A DNA stretch of 45,811 nt from Lentisphaeria bacterium (lineage in GTDB: Bacteria > Verrucomicrobiota > Lentisphaeria > JABSQK01 > CAJWLW01). Position numbers and translations under genes: made by a program. The first letter of the stretch is position 1. Every line of letters begins with the position of its first letter. The notes beneath the pieces are model-generated. The model worked only from the letters and a program-made list of their open reading frames with translations. It searched no databases and was not told the origin of the DNA. Below, piece after piece: positions 38,666-45,811 of the stretch. The stretch spans positions 1 through 45,811 of the forward strand of contig CAUZRT010000001.1 in the NCBI GenBank assembly GCA_963582235.1, in the 5' to 3' direction.

Positions 38666-41197
38666 ATGACTAAATCTTCATCGAAGAAGCATTTCGGCGC
38701 CAGGACGCGCACTGTTGATCTCGCGTCACGCTTCAACTGGCCGCGACGTGTGCCGGACACGATTTTCTGGCGCGACCTCGCCGAGCATGTGCGCGGCTAC
38801 CCGGCCGCAGAGCAACGGTCGTGGGGCGTACCATTTCGGATGGCGGCAGGCACTGGGCCGCGAGTCATTCTTGCCGCGAAGGGCCGACGCGAGGTCGATG
38901 TGCGTTTGACGGGGCGGGCTGATTATTTTTGCTTTTTGCATGCATGGCATCAGATCCCGGAGACGCTGAACACCAAAGACCCCACGGAGGGACTTGTCGT
39001 CGGCGAATACGAACTTCGCTATGCCGACGGCTCGAAACACACGCATCCGATCCGTGCGCGCTTCGAGGTCGCCATGGTCGAGAGCCCCGGACCGCCCTGG
39101 CTGGCGGTGAGCTTCTTCATGCCGGCATCCGCCGATCCCTTAGGCCCAACTATCGACATCGCCTGGAGCAAGCATCAGGTCGGCATAGACCCTCGGGGCG
39201 ACGGCATTCCGGCTCCGCTGCACTGCGTCCTGGAGAACCCGCATCCGCAAAAACTGCTGCGTTCGCTCACCATCCGCGGCCTGCAGAAATCGCCGCTGAT
39301 CGTTGCCGCGCTGACATTGTACGAAGGTTCCGATTCGCCGCTTCGCCACCTGCCGCGGCGAACCTACCGAGTCCGCGGCGCCGGGAAAGCCGGCAAAATC
39401 GAAGGCGCCGATGTCGATCTCGGCACCGTCACACGCACATACCACACCGACGGTCCCCGCGGCAAGCGCTGGCTCGACTCGCCCTACGCCGGGTTGTACG
39501 CGGAGGAACCCGGTGAAGGCGAAGACCTCGTTCAACTGGCGGCCGCACAGGACGCAACGCTGTCCGTTGATATGAAAGGCAGGCGGACGCCGCTTCGGTT
39601 CTCCGTTGGTGAAGCCTTTCACGGCGGCAAAAGCGGCTCGCGCAACACGACGCTGGAAGTCCTGGGCCAACGCCGACAGTGGATGCAGGTGACGGTTATC
39701 GATGCGTCCACCAACAACCCGACGCCCGTGCGCGTCCATCTTTCCGGCCCCCACGGCGAATATCTCGCCCCCTACGGACACCATGAGCAGATCAATCCCA
39801 ACTGGTTTGAAGATTACGGCGCCGATGTCCTCGTCGGCGGTCGGCAGTACGCATACGTCCCGGGGCAGTTCACCACGGATATGCCCGTGGGCGACATCTA
39901 CGCGGAGATTTACAAAGGTTTCGAGTATGAACCGGTGCGCGTGAAAGCGACCATCCGCCCAGGACAGAAGGAACTCAAGCTGCGCATCCGCCGTTGGCAA
40001 GATCTGCGCTCAAAGGGATGGATAACGTCCGACACCCATGTTCATTTCATCAGTCCGCACACGGCATGGCTCGAGGGGCAGGCTGAAGGCGTCAATGTCG
40101 TCGATCTGCTGGCCTCGCAATGGGGCCGCCTGTTCACCAATGTCGGCGACATTACGGGCGGCCCGAATGTCGTCGGCAAGGACACCATCGTATTTGTCGG
40201 CACCGAGAATCGAAATCACATGCTGGGCCACATGTCGATGCTGGGGACAAAGAACCTGCCGGTGTATCCGATGTGCGACGGCGGTATTTCCGAGTCCTGG
40301 ATCGGCGATCCGGAATTCCGCATGATGGCTGAATGGGCGCTCGAGAACCGGCGCAAAGGCGGTCTTGTCATCCGTCCGCACTTCCCGTATTGCGGCAATA
40401 CGGAGGATCCGGTGGCCATCCTCAACGGTCTTGTCGATGCTCTGGAACTCTGGCACATGCACGGCGACCAGTACCCCGTTCAGGAATGGTATCGCTATCT
40501 GAACTGCGGCTACCGTGTCGCCTGCTGCAACGGCACGGACAAGATGAGTGCCGCGTCGGCCATCGGTTGGCGACGGACATACGCGAAAATCGATCCGGAC
40601 CGGCCGTTCAACTACGGCGCCTATGTCCGGGCCGTGCGCGCCGGCCGCACGTTTGCCACCACCGGACCGCTGCTGGAGTTCGAAGTCGACGGCCGCCAGC
40701 TCGGGGATGCCATCGAAATGTCTGGAAACGGCGGCACACTCGAGTTCAGGGCACAGGCGGCATGCTTCGCACCTTTAGGAAAGCTGGAGATAGTTCTCAA
40801 CGGTCGCGTCGTCGCTTCGGTTTCCGGACGCGGCGGGCAGAAACGGCTGACCCTGCGCGACCGCGTCAAGGTCCGGCGCAGCGGCTGGATCGCGGCCCGC
40901 TGCACGGGTAATCCCCGCCATCCCGGTGCCTACATGGCCGCCCATACCTCGCCCGTGTATATCACCTGCGGTGACCATCGGCCCTTCGACGGTCCGGCGG
41001 CCCAGCACATGCTAGCCCTCGTCGAAGGCGGCACCGAGTATCTGAACAAACTCGCAACTGTTTTCGACGAGTCGTCACGCAAGCGCATGGTCAAACTGTT
41101 CAATGAAGCCCGCAATGAGCTCACGGGCCGATTGGTCATCGAAGGCGAACACCACCACCATCACGGCAGCGGTCCGTATCACACACATGGCCATTGA
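38666..41197 (+). CDS. Metal-dependent hydrolase (CehA/McbA- or PHP/amidohydrolase-like C-terminal half) with a large uncharacterised N-terminal half and a His-rich tail
   Basis: The ATG at 38666 sits behind GGGAG; the track start at 38618 is TTG. The C-terminal half has WITSDTHVHF (HxH-type metal site) and further His/Asp blocks (NRNHMLGHMSMLG, IRPHFP, ELWHMHG, NGTDKMS). The first ~460 aa have no motif I recognise. The tail is EGEHHHHHGSGPYHTHGH. Confidence 0.7.
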   Translation: MTKSSSKKHFGARTRTVDLASRFNWPRRVPDTIFWRDLAEHVRGYPAAEQRSWGVPFRMAAGTGPRVILAAKGRREVDVRLTGRADYFCFLHAWHQIPETLNTKDPTEGLVVGEYELRYADGSKHTHPIRARFEVAMVESPGPPWLAVSFFMPASADPLGPTIDIAWSKHQVGIDPRGDGIPAPLHCVLENPHPQKLLRSLTIRGLQKSPLIVAALTLYEGSDSPLRHLPRRTYRVRGAGKAGKIEGADVDLGTVTRTYHTDGPRGKRWLDSPYAGLYAEEPGEGEDLVQLAAAQDATLSVDMKGRRTPLRFSVGEAFHGGKSGSRNTTLEVLGQRRQWMQVTVIDASTNNPTPVRVHLSGPHGEYLAPYGHHEQINPNWFEDYGADVLVGGRQYAYVPGQFTTDMPVGDIYAEIYKGFEYEPVRVKATIRPGQKELKLRIRRWQDLRSKGWITSDTHVHFISPHTAWLEGQAEGVNVVDLLASQWGRLFTNVGDITGGPNVVGKDTIVFVGTENRNHMLGHMSMLGTKNLPVYPMCDGGISESWIGDPEFRMMAEWALENRRKGGLVIRPHFPYCGNTEDPVAILNGLVDALELWHMHGDQYPVQEWYRYLNCGYRVACCNGTDKMSAASAIGWRRTYAKIDPDRPFNYGAYVRAVRAGRTFATTGPLLEFEVDGRQLGDAIEMSGNGGTLEFRAQAACFAPLGKLEIVLNGRVVASVSGRGGQKRLTLRDRVKVRRSGWIAARCTGNPRHPGAYMAAHTSPVYITCGDHRPFDGPAAQHMLALVEGGTEYLNKLATVFDESSRKRMVKLFNEARNELTGRLVIEGEHHHHHGSGPYHTHGH

Positions 41198-41492
41198 AGG
41201 CATCATTTTCAGAGTGAGTCGACGATGCTCTGAACAACATTGATTTTTTTTCGTCGTCCAATTCAGGGCGTGTCTGGTTTCCGGATAGGGCCGGAAATTA
41301 GTTGAATCGAATATTCGTGAAGGCCGAGAATTGGGCATCGCAACGACACCCGGTTATTTTATGGTTGGCCGGTTTTTCTCCGGAGTGCCGAGAAAGGACC
41401 AAGTAGACGCGCTATTGAAGAAAGTTTCGGGTCAACCCGGCACGGCATGCGGGATGAAATTATATATTACGCGAACCCTTAGGGAGGTTGCG

Positions 41493-42551
41493 ATGCCACA
41501 AGTTGAAATACTTGAAACAGGCCATGTCGATCGGCGTGACTCCGCATTTCCGACCTTGGTGCAGTTGGACAACGGCCATCTGATTTGTGGTTACAGCGTC
41601 GGTGCCGGCGCCCATGCAAAAGGGGGCACGCACTACTCCCGGTCGTGCGATGGCGGGCGCACCTGGATGGATCCAACGGTAATTCTGGATCGCACAACGG
41701 ATCCGGTCAGGACAAATCATCTGCGGCTCAGCCGTACGCCGGACGGCACTATCCTGGCCTACGGCCAGCGGGATCAGACCGAAGAGACGCCGCAAGGCGG
41801 CCGGCATCGCGTCTGCGAGCCGGTTCTGTGCCGTTCAGCGGACGGCGGTGCGACTTGGTCGGATCCACAGGTTATTCCGTTTCATATTCCGGGGCCCTAC
41901 GAGATTTCCAATCCGATCATCGTCACCGCCGACGGCCGCTGGCTGGCACCGGCCGCGACTTTTCATGACGGGCGCTATGGCGAGCGGGTGGTGCTGCACG
42001 AGTCATCAGATCAGGGCGCGACGTGGCCCAACATGCACACGGTGTTCCAGGATCCCGGCGCCGGGCTCGGGTATCTGGAGCAGAAGCTGATTGAAACCGA
42101 GCCGTCGCGCATGCTGGCAATCGCCTGGGTCCAGGATTTCCCCAATGACACGGATTTGAAAAACGAATTCAGTTTCTCCAATGACGGCGGCTGCACCTGG
42201 GACGGTCCGCACCCGACGGGCATTCAGGGCCAGACGATGACGCCGATCTGGCTGCAGGACGACCGCTATCTGGTGTTGTATAACAAACGGTTCGGCGACC
42301 AGAGCCTGCAAATGTGTCTGGTCCGGGTATCCGGCGCGAGTTGGGAGATTGAATTTGAAGGCATGCTGTTCGACGGCCAGGCCAGACTTGAGCTCACGCC
42401 CGAGGTCAGCAGTCAGGCCCAGATCTCGTTGATCAAGTTTGGCTATCCGATGGGGATGCAGCTCGACGGCGAGACCGTGCTCGCCGTGCACTGGTGCGAA
42501 GAAGACGGCGTCTGCGGCATCCGCTGGACGCGACTGCGCGTGGCTTGGTGA
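41493..42551 (+). CDS. BNR/Asp-box repeat protein (sialidase-like six-bladed propeller), no signal peptide
   Basis: The ATG at 41493 sits behind AGGGAGG. It has four Asp-boxes (SxDxGxTW): SCDGGRTW, SADGGATW, SSDQGATW and SNDGGCTW. Confidence 0.8.
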   Translation: MPQVEILETGHVDRRDSAFPTLVQLDNGHLICGYSVGAGAHAKGGTHYSRSCDGGRTWMDPTVILDRTTDPVRTNHLRLSRTPDGTILAYGQRDQTEETPQGGRHRVCEPVLCRSADGGATWSDPQVIPFHIPGPYEISNPIIVTADGRWLAPAATFHDGRYGERVVLHESSDQGATWPNMHTVFQDPGAGLGYLEQKLIETEPSRMLAIAWVQDFPNDTDLKNEFSFSNDGGCTWDGPHPTGIQGQTMTPIWLQDDRYLVLYNKRFGDQSLQMCLVRVSGASWEIEFEGMLFDGQARLELTPEVSSQAQISLIKFGYPMGMQLDGETVLAVHWCEEDGVCGIRWTRLRVAW

Positions 42552-42703
42552 TTGGTCGCGGAAAAAGGTCCCTCAGGAACCAGCGTCGACGCTGCGATAC
42601 GCTCTTTTTCCGGAAATCTATTTTTGGAGTCCCATACAACTTGATCATATAGGAATTTATTTTTACGCGATATTTTCACAAGGGCCAAACATGTTAGACC
42701 ATA

Positions 42704-42727
42704 GCGATCCGTCAGCCGACGGATCGC
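42704..42727. repeat. Reference copy of the dispersed hairpin: perfect 10-bp stem, 4-nt loop
   Basis: The sequence is GCGATCCGTC-agcc-GACGGATCGC. Related copies are at 3809-3830, 18496-18514 and 24301-24325. Confidence 0.85.
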
Positions 42728-42771
42728 ATGACCTCGACGCAAAGTCCCGACGATGCGGACTAACTTAAGAG

Positions 42772-43767
42772 ATGCGCCATATGCTTGCCGGAGACATCTA
42801 CGCACCGCGAAAGATCAGACTGGTTCAAGTACCCGAGCCGAAGCTTGCGGACTCCGCAAACGACGCCAAAGGCGGGGGCCGAATCATCTTTCAGCCCGAG
42901 CTCGCCTGCCTGTGCTCGTCAGACCTGCCGTTCTTTGAGCGGGATTATCCGAAGTTCATGCCGAACGTCGGACAGTCGCTGCATGAGATGATCGGCAGGG
43001 TCGTCGAAACGAACGGCGCGCGGTTTCGTCCGGGCGATCGGGTTTTATGTGTGCCCGACGTTCATTTTGGACTTTGGGAACGATTCGATGTCGCCGACGA
43101 ACGGGCCATCCCGCTGGCGCCGAACGTCAGCGACGAACAGGCAGTGCTCGCACAACCGCTCGGTACTGTGATTTGCGCTTTGAAAAAGCTGCCCACCCTA
43201 GTCGATCTAGATATCGTGGTCGTCGGTCAGGGCCCCATGGGCCAGTTGCTCGCCGCCGGCGCCCGGAATCTCGGCGCCCGCGAAATCATCGGCCTCGATC
43301 GCCTCGACTCTCGCCTCGCGAAAAGCTTGGCCATGGGCGCCAGCGCCGTTGTCAACGTCGATCGCGAAGATCCGATAGCCGCTGTCGAACGCATCACCGG
43401 CGGCAACTTGGCGGACATCGTCATCGAGGCCGTTGGCCATCGTGATCATGCGCTTAACCTCTGCATCGAACTTTGCCGCGAGCGCGGCCGTATCCTCTTT
43501 TTCGGCCTGCCGACGCCGACCGGAATCATGAACGGCATTCGCTGGCAACAGCTATTTTTGAAGAACATCACTGTGCACACCAGCGTCGGGCCCACTTTCA
43601 CCCGCGATTTTCCCCTCGCCATGCGTTGGATCAGCGAAAGCCGAATCGATGTTACCCCTATCATGACCCACCGTTTCAAGCTCGACGAGATCCAAACGGC
43701 ATTCGATACCTTCTACGAACGGCGCGACGGAGCCTTGAAGGTGTTTGTCGAATTTCCGGCACGGTGA
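42772..43767 (+). CDS. Zinc-dependent medium-chain alcohol/polyol dehydrogenase family protein
   Basis: 331 aa with an MDR fold, a catalytic-zinc region (CLCSSD...H..E) and the Rossmann motif VVVGQGPMG. Confidence 0.85.
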   Translation: MRHMLAGDIYAPRKIRLVQVPEPKLADSANDAKGGGRIIFQPELACLCSSDLPFFERDYPKFMPNVGQSLHEMIGRVVETNGARFRPGDRVLCVPDVHFGLWERFDVADERAIPLAPNVSDEQAVLAQPLGTVICALKKLPTLVDLDIVVVGQGPMGQLLAAGARNLGAREIIGLDRLDSRLAKSLAMGASAVVNVDREDPIAAVERITGGNLADIVIEAVGHRDHALNLCIELCRERGRILFFGLPTPTGIMNGIRWQQLFLKNITVHTSVGPTFTRDFPLAMRWISESRIDVTPIMTHRFKLDEIQTAFDTFYERRDGALKVFVEFPAR

Positions 43768-44273
43768 GCAGTGTCGATTCGAGAATAGGATCGGCGCGGT
43801 GTTCGGCATCTACCCCCATGAATTTTGTGTGTAATTGGACGACCAAAGACTGCGGCAAAGGATTACCGCATCTCCACGCGCCGACGCCGCGTCAAGATTC
43901 TTCTGGAAATGCGGTGATCCTTGCACCGCTCCCCGAGTACATCCCGTACGACGCTGTGACAGCATGCAGCGGTAACTGTGGCTGCCACATCCGTCCGGCT
44001 GCATGGCTGAAGAAACCGGGGCTTCCAGATTCGCGGGCTCTCGGTCAGACACTACTTCGCTACCACCTGTTGGCAGTCGCGTAGACCCCACCCCGTGCGC
44101 ACTCTTTCCCTTTGCTGTCCTTGTTAGACTGTGTATCTTAGATGCTACCTACTTTACGTACTCGAAGTTCGGGTTCAATGCCCCTGAAACAATTCGTAAT
44201 CGAGTCCGATTACTGTTCCATGCCTGCCCAAACGGGCGGGCCGGTCACCCGCTGAGTAGTTGCCTTAGCTTTC

Positions 44274-45811
44274 ATGGTCTCACAAACACCCACTCTGCGC
44301 TGTCACGCTCCGCGTTTGACCCGTGTCGGCATATATCGCTACTCGCGTCGCGTCCTGATGACAATCGCCGCCGCCGTTGCGGTTGCCGATGCCCGTTCCG
44401 AGGTCCCGCCGCCGGATCACTGGACCGATAACATCAGGCCCGAGCGTTATGCCTCGCTACTCTGCGGCGAGCATTTGCCGCCCTCACAACGCCCCATTCT
44501 CGAGGCCATGTACGCACCGCGTTCGGACCAGCCCGTCACCCCCCATCGGCAGTGGGGGACACCTCTTCACGGCGGCCCGCTGCGCGTCCTGTTCGTTGTC
44601 AACCTCGCATTCCAGCGTGAGGTCGTGGAACTCGCCCAGCGGTTCGAAATGAACTATGACTTCGTGCCGCTGCTGCTGGTTCAGCGCTATAAGCCGGCGA
44701 TGATGACCGACATCGCGCGCAACCGCTACGACGTCATCGTCACTTCGGCGCTCTCGCCCGATGACCAGATGGCGCCGTTCACCGGCTGGCTGCGCGAGCA
44801 GGTTGCCGGCGGCACCGGATGGATTGCCGTAAACTCCGGCGGCGCCTGTGCCACAATGCAACTCCCGTTCGCCGGTATTGAGCGCGAAACGCCTGTCGTC
44901 GACCGTTGGCGGAAAGCGACCAGACATCCGATCATTGACGGCGTCCCCATCGACTGCTTCCCGCCATTCGAAAGCCGAGAATACCGGCCCGGCAAGACGG
45001 ACGCGACCCTGCTTCTCGTCGGCGACAACGGCGGCACCAAGCTGATGGTCAACACCCATGAGAACGGACGCATCGTCAATCTCTGTTCGGGGTTTGGCAA
45101 CTCGGCTTTCTCGATCGTCCCCCGCCCGCTCGGCAGCGAACACGTTAACCATCATTTTCCCTATTGGGAGTACGAATATTCCCTGCTTGCCAAGGCCATG
45201 ATGTGGGCGGCTCACCGTGAACTGCCGGTGCGCGTCACGCCGACAACCGTTCTGAAGTTCAGGCGCGGCGCCGACCAGCCCACCATCGAGCTGTCGCTCA
45301 GCGCCGATACAGATACCGATGCCACGGTCGAGATCGGACTCTGGAACACAGACGGACAGAGGGAGCTGTCGGAAACCCGCCAGGTCTTCATAACAACCGG
45401 GGCGGCGATCAATGTCAAATCCGTACTTCCAGCCGGCCTTGCCGCTGGTCCGCATCTGCTGGATGCAGTGGTTCGCGATCCTGACGGCCGGGTCCTGGCG
45501 TGGGAAAGCTTCGGCTGCGACATCGAGGGCGACGTCAGGATTGCTGCCGTCGATCTGGACAAAGAATTCTACAGTCGCGGCGACACCATTCACGTGTCCA
45601 CACGCTTCGAGCATACCGGCCCGCCCCGGCAAGGCCACCTTCGTTACGAGCTCCGGGACACGTGGAAACGGACCATCTTCCGCAGTGATTTCGAAGTCAC
45701 GATTGATGGTACTGACTTCGTCGCGAAAGCGCAAATACCAATCGCCGCCAACAAGTTTCTGACGGATGTCTATCGGCTCGCGGTAATGTTCGAAGATGGG
45801 GTCGGAACCGC
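44274..45811 (+). CDS. Large exported hypothetical protein, N-terminal 512 codons (ORF open to the window end)
   Basis: My own translation is MVSQTPTLRCHAPRLTRVGIYRYSRRVLMTIAAAVAVADARSEVPPPDHW...PLRVLFVVNLAFQREVVELAQRFEMNYDFVP...GWIAVNSGG...HHFPYWEYEYSLLAKAMMWAAHRE...LDAVVRDPDGRVLAWESF... There is no stop up to base 45811. It has a signal-peptide-like start. It is not in the ORF track because it lacks a stop. Confidence 0.75.
   Translation, partial: MVSQTPTLRCHAPRLTRVGIYRYSRRVLMTIAAAVAVADARSEVPPPDHWTDNIRPERYASLLCGEHLPPSQRPILEAMYAPRSDQPVTPHRQWGTPLHGGPLRVLFVVNLAFQREVVELAQRFEMNYDFVPLLLVQRYKPAMMTDIARNRYDVIVTSALSPDDQMAPFTGWLREQVAGGTGWIAVNSGGACATMQLPFAGIERETPVVDRWRKATRHPIIDGVPIDCFPPFESREYRPGKTDATLLLVGDNGGTKLMVNTHENGRIVNLCSGFGNSAFSIVPRPLGSEHVNHHFPYWEYEYSLLAKAMMWAAHRELPVRVTPTTVLKFRRGADQPTIELSLSADTDTDATVEIGLWNTDGQRELSETRQVFITTGAAINVKSVLPAGLAAGPHLLDAVVRDPDGRVLAWESFGCDIEGDVRIAAVDLDKEFYSRGDTIHVSTRFEHTGPPRQGHLRYELRDTWKRTIFRSDFEVTIDGTDFVAKAQIPIAANKFLTDVYRLAVMFEDGVGT

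Noticed and set aside
44165-44190. A tRNA T-arm-like GGGTTCAATGCCCC.
   Set aside because: No acceptor, D or anticodon stems can be built from the flanking sequence. No other tRNA hallmarks (GTGGC..TAGCTC, GGTTCGAATCC) occur anywhere in the window.
44484-45734. 416-aa minus-strand ORF.
   Set aside because: It is antisense to the longer, motif-bearing plus-strand ORF that runs off the window. Its composition is typical of a GC-rich shadow frame.

Overview
This is a 45.8-kb GC-rich bacterial chromosomal segment. The gene content looks PVC/Planctomycetota-like, but that is inference only. I found no rRNA, tRNA or CRISPR array, and no recognisable defence, toxin or phage module.

Housekeeping genes:
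- ligA, hisS, aspS, an HU/IHF-like gene and a tandem M16 peptidase.
- A complete SUF Fe-S assembly operon. It is unusually headed by a 52-aa rubredoxin that is absent from the ORF track, and it carries an internal Rrf2 regulator.

Accessory genes:
- A carbamoyltransferase-DUF5989-SxtJ cassette of unknown function.
- A sugar/aminosugar-type catabolic cluster: GH4, deoC, amidohydrolase_2, a TIM-barrel isomerase, a class-III aminotransferase and an EF-hand alpha/beta hydrolase.
- A cluster of a His-tailed metallohydrolase, a BNR/sialidase-like protein, a Zn-ADH and a large exported protein.

Points the ORF track does not show:
1. Two long ORFs are cut by the window edges (1..1639 minus and 44274..45811 plus). 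They are replaced in the track by antisense shadow ORFs.
2. At least five genes are disrupted or truncated: a K+ channel, GH4, the alpha/beta hydrolase, a PMT/TPR-type N-terminal stub and an integrase remnant.
3. The intergenic DNA is dominated by a modular family of long imperfect palindromes (90-430 bp). It also holds a dispersed 20-24-bp hairpin in four copies, and a bipartite operator-like module in three copies, each 5' of a minus-strand gene.

I see no clear-cut novel multi-gene system. The most promising leads are the intergenic element family with its operator-like module, the split carbamoyltransferase cassette and the metallohydrolase cluster.
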